A stretch of 64,000 nt of DNA from Thecamonas trahens ATCC 50062 (taxonomy: Eukaryota > Protista > Apusomonadida). The DNA is taken from positions 372,001 through 436,000 of the forward strand of contig NW_013657661.1 of the NCBI RefSeq assembly GCF_000142905.1, written 5' to 3'. Positions within the stretch are counted from its first letter, which is position 1. Every line of letters begins with the position of its first letter. Shown here piece after piece: positions 11,601-23,600 of the stretch. The notes under the pieces were generated by a model. The model searched no databases, was not told where the DNA came from, and worked only from the letters and a program-made list of their open reading frames with translations. Both the position numbers and the translations under genes were made by a program.

Positions 11601-14600
11601 CAGCCGCTCCACCATTGCCGCCGCCGCCGCCGCATCCGACTCGGCGGCCATCTTGGCCGAGCGAGCATCCACCAGTTGCTGCATCACCGCTAGATCGGCA
11701 CTACTCGCACCCTCCTCCTCCATGCTGCGGAACACAGCGTCCAGCTCGGCCCGTGTCTCAGCAACCTTACGCTCAAGCTTCCGCTCCAGCTCTTCCACGC
11801 GCTGATTCAGCTCATCGGCTGAGGCGCCTTCCGACAGCAGCTGGCTCCTCAGCTGCTCGACCTCGGCCGCAGCCGCGGCCGCATCGCTCTCGGCGGCCAA
11901 CTTGGCTGTCTTGGCCTCCACAAGCTGTTGCATCACCTGAAGCTCGGCCATCGCCTCGTCACTCCCGCGTCCTTGCAACAGCGCCATTTTGTCCTTGAGC
12001 GCTCGGTCACGCTCCGACCGAGCACGCGCCAGGTCGCGCTCAAGCTGAGCCACGTGCGTCCCGAGCTCCATCACTTGTGGACCAGGCCGGATCGCTTCCG
12101 CTTCCGCTTCGGCCATCGCCGTCGCGCTCGACGTCACTAGCTTGGCACTGAGGTCGGCAACCTGTGCCCGCAAGTGCTCGACTTCAGCAGCCGCGGCAGC
12201 CGCGTCACTCTCGGCGGCAACCACTCGCTGCATCATATCCACAAGCGATGTGTCGATGCCCTCTGAATGCATCGCAGCCATCGCCTCGTCGCGCTCGCCA
12301 CGGGTCCGCATCAGCTCGTCCTCCAGCTCCTGCACTCGCATGTCAGCCTCGGGGACATCTGGCACACTCGCCGCGGCGCTCTCGCTGTCAGCGTCACTTG
12401 CTGCTGCAAAGAGCACGTCCGAGCTCGTCGTCGGCGTGAGCAGCTCTCGCCGCAGCTTGTCGACCTCGTTGTCTAGCTGAAGGTCGGAGCCAGAGTCACT
12501 CCGGCTCGAAACGAGATTTTGCATCATGGCCAGTTGCACCAAAGTCTCGCCTCGCTTCCGAGCCTCGTTGGCCTCGTCCAAAAGCGCTCGCGACATCGCC
12601 AGCTCGCTCTCCAGCTCGGCGACACGCGCCTTCAACGCAGAGTTCTCGGCTCTCTGTGCATCGCAATCAGCACGAACACTCTCGAGCGATGTCTCCAATG
12701 CGGACACCTCCTCTCGCAGTGAATTTGTAAGCGTACCGGCGCCTTCGAGCTTCTGCCGCATGGTCTCGAGCTCCGACTCGTTGGCGTTGTTCCTCGACTC
12801 GGCAGCCGCTTGTGCAGCGCGCGCAGCCACGAGCTGATACGTGCCGCGCGCGTCATCGACGTGATTCTCTAGCGCTGCATCTCGCGCCGCAGCTGCTGCA
12901 TCTCGCTCCACAGCCAGCTCCTGTACCGCTGCCTCTTTCTCCTCCAGTGCCGCCTCCAACGTCGCCTTTCTGGTCTCGAGCTCCGCCAGCGCCTCCTGTA
13001 CAGCTGACTTATCGGCTTCAAGCTCTTCACGCACGGCAAGCATCGACGCTTTCTCGACCACTGCATCCTGCAGGGCTGTGCCTTTCTCCTCCGCCACAGC
13101 CTTCAGCGTTGCTACTTCGGCCTCAAGCTCCAGGATCTGTGAATCTTTCGAATCAAGTACGACCTGCATCGCTGCCTTCTCGGCCTCGGCATCCACTCGG
13201 GTCTCATTGGCCGCAGTCATGACTCCCGCATCTTCAGGCGCCAGACTCTTGTCAAGTTGGCTCTCTTCGAGCAGTGCTTCGAGCTCATGGACACGGCTGG
13301 TGAGCTCTTCGACGTTCTCGACGGCGCTTCGCAGCTGACGACGCAGCTTGCGCGCCTCGGTCTTGGCTCGACTGCCAAGCTTCTTGTCGGCCTTGGCTTT
13401 CTCCAGGCTCGCGCGCAACGCATCCACTTCGGTAGCAAGGGAGTCACGGCTCTCTTGCATTGTCGCGAAAGCGCCCCGCATGCTCTCCAGCTCTCCAACT
13501 GCGCTTGAGCATCCGGTCTCGGCAGCCATCTTGGCCGCCTTTGCTTCCATCAGTTGCTCCATGAGTGCAGCAACCTCGGCCGCCCTGTGAGCATCCTGAG
13601 AGGCCTTCGCTTCCGCAAGTTGTGCGTCGAGCGCGTCGGCTCGAGCGGTTGTCTCGCGCAAACTATTGCGGACCTTGTCAAGCTCACCTGTCGCGGCCGC
13701 CACTTCGGTCTCAGCCGCCATCCTTGCCGCCTTGGCCTCTACAAGTTGCTGCACCAAACCCGCGGTATCGGACGCTGTCGCGCTACTGGTGGCCACAGCC
13801 TTTTGAAGCTCTTCGCGAAGCGCAGTGAGCTCAGTCGTCGCCGAGGCAGTCTTGTCATCTGCCTGTGCTTTGGCGGCAGTAACGTCGGCAAGTTGCTGTC
13901 GCAGATCAGCAAGCTCACGGCTGGCAGCAGCCTGTGTGCTCTCCACCTCAGCGCGCGCGGCTGCAAGCTGCTTCTGCACATCGACCAGATCCTGTACTGA
14001 CACGGTGCCGTCGGACTCGCTTTCGTTCTCCTTGCGGAGCATGGCCAGTTCTTGCTCGGCCTTGTCGCGATCTGTCTCGGCGATGCTCAGTGCATTACGA
14101 AGCTCTGTGAGAGAAGCAGCCGTCGCAAAACTCTCGTTGGCAGCCGCATCTGCCAGCTGCTTGCGGACCGCTGCTAGATCGTTGGATGCAGCAGCAGCAT
14201 CGCTCACGGCGCGAACTCGCGCGGCATCTGTGGTCGCCAGTTGAGCCCGTAGCTCTGCAATCGAACTCTCTTCCACCTGGTCCATTGCGGCGTCGCACTC
14301 GGACAGCGCCATCGCGAGTGCGGTCTCCAACTCAGAGATCCGCTCCACCTTGGCTCCGGCCTCGTGCAGCTGCTTCTTCAACTCTCGCACCTCGCCAGCA
14401 GCTGCAGCAGCATCTGACTCGGCCGCCAGCTTGGCTGTCTTGGCCTCAACTAGCTGCTCAACAAGAGCGTCCTGAGTAGCGGTCAAGTTGGCATTCCCGG
14501 TCGCGATTGGGCGGCTCGCTACTGTCGCGTTTCTGGTCGCCGCCAGACTCTCGACCAGCTGGCGAGTCAGCTCCGCAAGCTGAAGTCGGAGACGCTCGAT

Positions 14601-17600
14601 CTCTTCGCGACCGGCATCACGCTCGCGAACAGCCATTGTGTGATCCATGCGACACTTGGCGAGCTCGTCGGCCAACTTGGTCACGTCCGCAGGTGTCGGC
14701 ACGATCGTCGACTGGCTCTGCTCCGCGCGCAAGCGCGCTACTTCGGCATCGGCGCTGGCCAGTCGTCCACGGAGGTCATCAAGTGATGCCCTGCACCGCT
14801 CCACTGTCTCCTGCAACGCACGCGAGCGCGTCTGCTCGATAGCTAGAGCGCGCTCTGTAGCCACAACTTGATGCTCAAGGTTATCAACACGTGCCCCCGC
14901 CCGCTCGAGTTCGCTCGTGGCCACTGAGCTGGCTACCCTGACGCCATCGAGCTCGCGCTCGGCGACTTCGGCGCGTCCTCGCTCGGCTGCGAGCTCGCTG
15001 AGCACTCGCTGGTGCTCGTCGCGCAGCTCACGAAGCGAATGACGTAGCAAACCATGATCAGCCTCGACCGCAGCAAGCTGGCCTCGCGCCTCATCCCGCT
15101 CGCGGGCCACATCCGCAAGTTCGTCCCGCGCACGCTGGCTGGCAATCGATGCGTTCAGCTCCTCGATGTCATCATCCACCAGCCCTTGATACATAGCACG
15201 CGAGCGCTCTAGTTCGGCAGTGAGCATGGCTACTTTCTTCTCGAGACTCGCCACCTGCATCCCAAGCTTGACGGCCTTGGTCTTCTCGCCCGATGCCTCC
15301 GCGCGCGATGCCTCGATTTGGTTGCGGAGATCAGCGGTCCGCGCCATAGACAGCTCGCGTTGGCGCTCCATTTGGGCCATCTTCGCCAAAGCTTCGTTGC
15401 GGTCGCGGTGCGCTTCTGTTTGGCTGAGCTCGAGTGCACGCATTTCGTCCTCGATGTCGCGGAGAGCAGCGCCACTGCGGAAGACCTCGCCTTCCAGCTG
15501 CTGGCGTGCGGCTTCGGCCGACGCGATGTGGGCGTTGGCTGCGGCAAGCTTTTCGTGCAGTGCCTCGTTCGACTCAGAGCCCTCCATAAAGGACGCGGCC
15601 TGGTCGAAAGCCTTGGCCTCAGCTACTGCAAGCCGCCCCGACAGCTCGGTAACCTCATCGGTGAGTGTATCGCGCTCGGCACACACGATGGCGTACTCGG
15701 CCTGAAGACCGTGCTCGAGCTGCGAGGCAGAAAGGTCTTCGCGCTCACGTGCGCGCTTGGCCTCGCCGCGAGCTTTGCGCACTTCATCTTCAAGGCGGGT
15801 GCGAGCGGCAGTTGCGGCTTCCAGGCGCTTTTCTGCAGCCGAGACACGCCGCTCGGCGCGAGCAGCGACAGCACTGCTACGCTCCACATCCGAACCGAGC
15901 CGCGCAATCTCGGTTCGTGCAGTCCGAAGCTCGGCACGCGTTTCATCGGCCTCCGCCCGCGCGTCTTCAACGTCATGGCGCGTACGCTCCAGCTCGCCCT
16001 CGATAGCCATCAGCTTGCTCTGGGTATCGTCGAACATCGCTTCGTTAGCAGCTCGCGCTTCGTTAGCTTCGCGCAAATCTGCCTGCACCGACGCTAGCGC
16101 GGCCTTCGCCTCTTCCAGGTCTTGTACCGCAACCACTAGCTTGGCTGCCGTTGCACGCAAGCTTCGCTCAGCTTCGGCAGTCTGGGCTCGCGCGTCATCG
16201 CGCTCGCGGGCAACACGCGAGGCGTCAGTGCGGAGGGAGGCGACAAGGGCCGACTCGTCGTTAGCCCTGGTGGCCTCAACAGCAGAGAGACTCCTGTGAA
16301 GCTCTGCCTCGCGGGACGCCGATGCAACAGCAGCACTGTCCAGCTCGTCCTGGACAGCAGCAGTCTCTGCTTTTGCGGTTTCCAGACGGTCACGAAGCGC
16401 TACGATCTGGTCCTTGAGTTCGGCCACAAGACGTTCGGATGAGGCCGTCTCGCTCTGGGTGGTGACGAGATCGGCAACGTGAGCGTCGCGACGCGCAATT
16501 TCGGCTTGTGCCTCGTCAAGCTGAGACTTGAGCTCGACGCACTCGCTACGTAGCGCCCCAATGTTAGCCTTGCTCTCACTCTGAAGCTCTTCGAGAGCGG
16601 CCTGGAGACGGGCGTTGGAATATTCAAGCGCCTTGGTGGCCGCAGCAGTGTCTGCGGCGGCCGCGGCTGCTGCGCGCTCCTGTCGGGAGAGATCCACAGT
16701 AAGATCATTGACGTGGCGCTCAGCGGCGTCGGCACGCGTCTTGTGCTCCACAGCGGCTGCCAGTTCGACCCGCAGCGCATCGCGATCAGCCTCGGTAGCG
16801 CGAAGACTGTTGGCCATATGGCGAGCTCGCTGGCCACAGATGCCTTGTCCGCCGATGCCTTGCGCTGGTCGGCACGCAGACTGGCAATCTGCTCGCCCAA
16901 GCGCTCGATCTCGGCTGTGCGAAGCGACTCTGACGTCTGAGCAGACGCCAGTTCGCTCTGCAAGTCTTGGATAGAGGCTTCAAGCTGTGCGGCGCGCGAG
17001 GCGAGCTTCTGGCGCTCCTCGACAAGCTCGTTGATGCGGGCTGTGAGCTTGGACTTATCTTCGCCGGCTTTCTTGAGCGCGGCCTCTAGGTCGGCGATGT
17101 GCAGCGCCATAGCGTGGTGCTCGATGGCAGTAGCCTCGGAAGCATCACCGAGCTCGGCCATGTGGGTGGCAGCCTCGCGAATCTCGTCGCGCATGCGCTT
17201 GATTTCGTTGTCGCGCTCGGCCCGGCGGGCACGCAGGCGCTCGAGCGACGCGGCCTTGCGCTGGGCGTCAGACTCGGCAGTGTGTTTTCGGCCTCTGTGC
17301 GCTCGATTCGTGACTCAAGCGTCATGATCTCTTTGTGGCAGTGGTCAAGATCGGCACGAAGCTCGCTCTCGACGGCAGCAGAGCGCTTGACATTGGCATC
17401 GAGGACTGCGCGGGCTTCGGCGGTCTCGGCGCGAGCGCGGGAAGCATCGATACGGGCTGTCTCGGTCTCTTGCTGCGATGCGTTGAGCAGCTGGCGCAGC
17501 GACGCAATCTCCGCCTGCGATGCGTCCAGGTTGGCCTGCAGCTTGTCTCGCGAACGATTGATGGCATCCAGGTGGGCTTCGATGTGATCAATTGCGGCGT

Positions 17601-20600
17601 CAGGTGCGGTGTCACGCATCGGTGTCAGCGTCGCCAGTCGTGACTGCAGCGCGTCAAGGCGGTCGCTGTCGTAGTGGTGAACGTGCGACGGCGGAGTCGA
17701 AGGTGTCGCCAATGTCGGTCCTCGCGAGACAGCAAGATCCTCCACGCCGAGTGATGCCTGAGGCACAGTCTCTGAGGCTGCAAGGCGCTGCTCAAGCCTT
17801 GCCAGTCGGGCAATGGTGGCCGAGTTTGCAGCAGCAGCCTGCGCCTCTGCGGCGTCGCGAGTACGTTGCAGCTCGGTCTCGAGGTCTGCGAGTTTGCGCG
17901 CGGCCGTCGACTCGGCGTTGATCGCTGCCGTCTTGGCCTGGGCCAGCTCAGCCTCGAGGTTTGCAAGCTTGCGCGCGGCCGTCGACTCGGTGTCGGCCGC
18001 TGCACCCTGCTGCTCATCACGCATTTCCACCGCCATGGGAGCGCTGCTGCTTGCTTCCGCAGCTGTTGTAGATATCTCGTGCTTCATCCTCTCAATAACA
18101 GCCCTCGAGTCTGCCAACTCGGTCTCACATGCTGCCAACTTGTGGCGCAGGGTAGCCTCTGCTCCGTCTTCCTGCGCGACGAGAGCACCAGCGCGCGCAG
18201 TAACAATGTCAAGCTCGGCGCGGGTATTGGCGAGCTGCTTGCGGGCGTCGGCAAGACGGGCGTCGGTCTCAATCAACTCGGTCTCGAACCGCTTGCTCTT
18301 TGCCTCGGCATCGGCGAGTTTGCCGGTAAGGTCTGAGTACTCGGAGCGAGCATTCGACCGGAAGTGCTCGCTCTCGTTGCGAAGCTGGTCGTTGGCTGCC
18401 TCTAGTGCCGACACCTGCGCCGAAACCTGGTCGAGCTTGGTCTGGGCGTCAGCAAGGGCGCTCGCGGTCTGGTCGCGGTCGCTGAGTGCATCTGCCAGAG
18501 AACTTTCAAGCTCTGCAATCTTCGCTTGACTGGCAGCAAATGCTGAAGACTCTGTCGCTTGCAAAGAGCTCTTGACTTGTGCCAGTTCTTCAGCCTTGCC
18601 CGCAGCATCGGCCTGGGCGGTCTCAAGCATCTGCTTGGCCTCGGCGAGCTCCTTGGCCTTGCTATCCGCGTCAGCCCGGGCTTTGTCGAGATCCTTGGCC
18701 GCGCCGGTTTGAGCTTCCTCAAGCGCCTGCCTGACTTCGCCGAGCTCCTTGGCCTTGGCATCGGCATCGGCCTGGGCAGTCTCAAGCGCCTGCCTGACTT
18801 CGCCGAGCTCCTTGACCTTGGCCTCGGCATCGGTCTGAGCAGTCTCGAGCGCCTGCCTGACTTCGACAAGCTCATTCGCCTTGGCATCGGCATCGGCCTG
18901 GGCGGTCTCAAGCACCTGTCTGACTTCGACAAGCTCATTCGCCTTGCTCTCCGCGTCAGCCTGGGCTTCGACAAGCTCCTTGGCCTTGGCCTCGGCATCG
19001 GCCTGGGCAGTCTCAAGCGCCTGCCTGACTTCGCCGAGCTCCTTGACCTTGGCCTCGGCATCGGTCTGAGCAGTCTCGAGCGCCTGCCTGACTTCGACAA
19101 GCTCATTCGCCTTGGCATCGGCATCGGCCTGGGCGGTCTCAAGCACCTGTCTGACTTCGACAAGCTCATTCGCCTTGGCCTCCGCGTCAGCCTGGGCTTC
19201 GACAAGCTCCTTGGCCTTGGCCTCGGCATCGGTCTGGGCGGTCTCAAGCACCTGCCTGACTTCGCCGAGCTCCTTGGCCTTGGCATCGGCATCGGTCTGG
19301 GCGGTCTCGAGCACCTGCCTGACTTCACCGAGCTCCTTGGCCTTGGCCTCGGCATCGGCCTGGGCGGTCTCAAGCGCCTGCCTGACCTCGCCGAGCTCAT
19401 TCGCCTTGCTCTCCGCGTCAGCCTGGGCTTTGACAAGCTCCTTCGCCTTGCTCTCGGCATCGGCCTGGGCGGTCTCAAGCGCCTGTCTGACTTCGCCGAG
19501 CTCCTTGGCCTTGGCCTCGGCATCGGCCTGGGCGGTCTCAAGCACCTGCCTGACTTCGACAAGCTCATTCGCCTTGGCATCGGCATCGGCCTGGGCGGTC
19601 TCAAGCACCTGTCTGACTTCGACAAGCTCATTCGCCTTGCTCTCCGCGTCAGCCTGGGCTTCGACAAGCTCCTTGGCCTTGGCATCGGCATCGGCCTGGG
19701 CGGTCTCAAGCACCTGTCTGACTTCGACAAGCTCATTCGCCTTGCTCTCCGCGTCAGCCTGGGCTTCGATAAGCTCCTTGGCCTTGGCCTCGGCATCGGT
19801 CTGGGCGGTCTCAAGCACCTGCCTGACTTCGCCGAGCTCCTTGGCCTTGGCATCGGCATCGGCCTGGGCGGTCTCAAGCGCCTGCCTGACTTCGACAAGC
19901 TCATTCGCCTTGCTCTCTGCGTCAGCCTGGGCTTCGACAAGCTCCTTTGCCTTGCTCTCGGCATCGGTCTGAGCTTCCTCAAGCGCCTGCCTGACTTCGC
20001 CGAGCTCCTTGGCCTTGGCCTCGGCATCGGCCTGGGCAGTCTCGAGTGTCTGCTTGACCTTGGCAAGCTCCTTCACCATACTCTCAGCGTCGGCCCGGGC
20101 CTCAGCAAGCTCCTTGGCTTTCCTCTCGGCATCAGCCTGGGCTGCGCGAGCCTCGGCCTCCGCCATGGCGCCACTCCTCCTGATCCGCACCAGCTCAGCC
20201 TCGGCAGCATCGCGCGCGACTTCGACTTCTGCCAATCGCTCGCGCGCCGCCTCGCGCGCCGCAGTTTCATCGGCTTGCTTCCGCGCTGCCCGTGCAAGGT
20301 CGGCCTTGAGCTCATTCACGTGCTTGGACGTCGTCCGTGTCTCAGAGTCGAGAATCTGCGCCTTGCGCTCAACTTCGGCTTCAGCCTCGCGGGCACGCGC
20401 CATAGCCCGCTCAAGATCAGCCTTGAGCTCAGCCATCTCGCGCCCAATCCGCTCCGCACGCCGCGCTTCTTCTTCGGCGGCATCACGCGCAGTCTCGAGT
20501 TCGCTGCTTGCGGTTCGAGCCTTGGTGCGCAGCTCGCGCTCGCGCTCCTCGGCCGCCGCCAAACGCGACGTCGCGTCATCGCGGGCTGCTGTTGCTGATC

Positions 20601-23600
20601 CAAGCCGGGCGTCGAGCTGGAGCTTGTCAGCCTCCAGCTCGTCAACACGAACGCGCAAGAGTGCAATTTCCTTCCGCATAGTGCTGCACTCACTACGGAG
20701 TGTCTCTGCCTCGGTTGCAGCTTCGGCCGCAAGAGTATCGGCACGGTCGCGCCCCGCCCGCAGCGTTGCCACCTCGCGCGTGAGTTCGTCGACGCTGACT
20801 TGCGACGAGTGCTTCTCACTTTGCACTTTCTTGAGCTCATCGGCAGCGGCAGTGACCTCAGTCTCGAGCTCCTCGCGGCGGTTGGTCTCCGCCGCAAGGA
20901 GCCCCTCCAGCTTAGCCGCCTTGGCCGAAAGTGTCTTGTTCTCGGAAGCGGTAGTCTCCGCGCCAGCTGTAGTGCTCTCAATGTCACATTGGGCCTTCTC
21001 CAGCTTAGCCTCTAGCGACGCAATCGACGCGTCCGCCGACCTAGCCTTGACTTTTGCGGCCTCAAGCTCAGATTCAAGGGTGCGGATGCGTGACTTGTGA
21101 GTCGCATCAAGCGTGTCACGCTCGCGGCACGCCGACTCCAGCTCCGCCTCTAGCTTCGACGTCCGCGAGCGCAGGCCTGCTGCCTCGTCGGCGGCGGCCG
21201 AGCTTCGGCTCAATCGCTCCTCCTCGAGCGCGGCGAGGCGGGTCCGGAGGCCGGCCTCGCGGGCCTCGGCTGCTTCCAAACTCTCCTCCATAGAGCGTGC
21301 CTGGGATTCAAACCGCGATGCCTTGGCAGCTGCTTCAGCCGCCTCCTCCAGCGTCTCGTCACGCACCTGGACCACACTGCGGAGCTTCTCGTTCGCGGCA
21401 GAAAGCTGCTTCTCCAGCACTACCACGCGCGCCCTGTACGGCTCCGCGCCCGACCGTTCTGTCGCCAGTTGAGCATCAAGCTCTGCTACCTGCGACGAGA
21501 GCTCCTTGCGGCTCTCGCGAGCGAGTGAGACCACAGACTCCAGCTCGCGCTCGAGCTCCCCAATTCGTGCCTCGAGCTTGGACACTGCCTCGGTACTGCG
21601 CATAGAGCTGGTCTCCAGTTCACGCTCAAGATAGCGAACCCGGCGGTCCTTGGTGGCGAGGCGAGTTGCCAGCTCGGCGGCTTCGGCCGAGGCACCGGCT
21701 GCCTGACTGGCGAGCGCAGATCGAGACTTGGCGAGCTCGGCCGAGGCCGCCTCGGCAGCCTCGGACGCAGCCGTGCTTTCCGCTTTGAACACGGCCTGTT
21801 CATCGGCTGCGGCAGCAAGGGCGCGCTCGAGCTCTTCGACTCTGGCTTCGAGTTCGCTGGCATGCTTGGAGTCCGCAGTCCGAGCCTTGCGCTCAGCCGC
21901 AAGCTGAGCCTCGACGCTGTCGCGCTCTTCACGAGCGGTGGCGAGCGACGCCCGCAGCTCCGACTCGATCGACGTGAGCGACGAGTCAAACTGGCTTACC
22001 TGTAGCGTGAGGACTTGCAGTTGCTCCGACTTGGAGCGGACCTCAACCTGGGCTGCCGTTTCGGCTGCCTTGGTCGCCTGATACGCTGAGGTGAGCGACT
22101 CCAGCTCACTCCGCGACGTGGCCGCCAGCTGCTTGTACTCGCCGCGGACGCGGTCGAGAGCAGACCGTAGCGTAGTGATCTGCGCAGTAGCTCTGCTCAG
22201 GTCGCGCTCATGCTCGCTGGAAACACGACGGCTCTCCTCCAGAGACACAGTGGCAGTCTCTAGCTTCGAGTACGCGGTCCGCATGCTCTCATTGGCTGAC
22301 CGGGCGGCATCCTCGGCAGCCACGGCGCGGGCCAGCAGGGACTTGCGGTCCTCTTCAAGGAGGTGGACCTGGTCGCGCAGAGCAACGAGTGCACCGTGGA
22401 GCGACGCCGCGCTCTCAGCCCCACTCTCCGAGTTGAGCTGGAGCCGCAGGGCACTGAGCTCGGCGCGGAGTGCTTCCAGCTCGGCGTGTTCAGCCTGGGA
22501 GGCCGTAATCGCCTGCTTGAGTCGAGCGCGCAGCTCGGCGGGCTCGGTTGACTCTAGGTCTCCGAGCTTGAGTGGTCCATAGCCGGCAGAGGTAGTCGTA
22601 GCATGTGATTTGGCTTGCGCCTTGCCCTCGAGCTTGGGCTCAGGCTCGGGCTCGGGCAAGAGAGCCAAGTCGGACGGGCCAGCCGCGGAGCGGGCGGCCG
22701 CCAGCTGTTCGCGCAGCTCCTTTTCGGTCTCGAGATGACGCCGGTTGCGCGCATCGGCTTCGGCGAGCGCGTCGCGGAGGTGCGTCAGCTGCGCCTCGAG
22801 TGAGTCGAGCTCCGAGCGCGAAGCCAGTCGCGGAGAGGACGAGCTCTGGCCGGGCCGGCGGGGGTCTTGGGCGAGCGCGGCGCAATGGGCACATCGTGCG
22901 AGCTGCGCTCGGCACGGGCCGAGGCCGCGAGCTCGCTCTCCTCTGTAGCGGCATCAAAGACGGTTGAGCTTGGCGCAAGGGCGCGGTGCTCGGCGAGGGC
23001 GAGGTGGAGAGCGACGTGGGCAGCCTGGTGTGTCTTCACCAGGCTCATGGGTCGGATTGTGGCAGCCGCAAACTTGCGCAGCGGCGACTGGGCCGGGAGC
23101 GCGACGGGCGACAGCGGCGGTGCCGGATCATGCTCAGTGGTGAGGGCAAAAGAAACTCGTCCATGCGAACAAGAAGAGTGCGGAGCATGGCGGCGCCGTA
23201 GGCTGCGCGGGCTCGGGCAGAGACGTCGTACTGCGGCAAGTCTCCGTCAGCAGCTACCTTTTCCAGGGCACGGGCAAGCTTGCGCGCAGCCTTGAGCGCC
23301 GATGAGAGGCGAGAGTGCGAAAAGAGGAGGCCGGTGTGGACGGCGGCCATCATCCTAATGGCGTCGTTCTCCTGAATAAAGTCAAAATGAAGGGCCATGA
23401 CATTACAAAAGTCCGCCACCAGCGAGGTGAGCCAGGCGCTAGGCATTGGGCGCGACGGGAGGAGAGTGAGCGACTCGACAAGGATGTCGACAAGCGAGGT
23501 GGCGAGTTGGGCGCGGGCGCTGAGCTCGGCAATGGCGGCATCGAGATCGTGCGCCGGAACGCGCTCGGCTGCGAGCGCCTGGCGGAGCTCGTCGGCAAGG

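Noticed and set aside
4400-21500. Long plus-strand ORFs (e.g. 4407-6494, 7989-10739, 9805-11472, 18559-20598) and alternative minus-frame ORFs
   Set aside because: Antisense or alternative-frame shadows of the GC-rich repetitive coiled-coil gene; Ser/Ala- or Leu/Gly-monotonous with no motifs.
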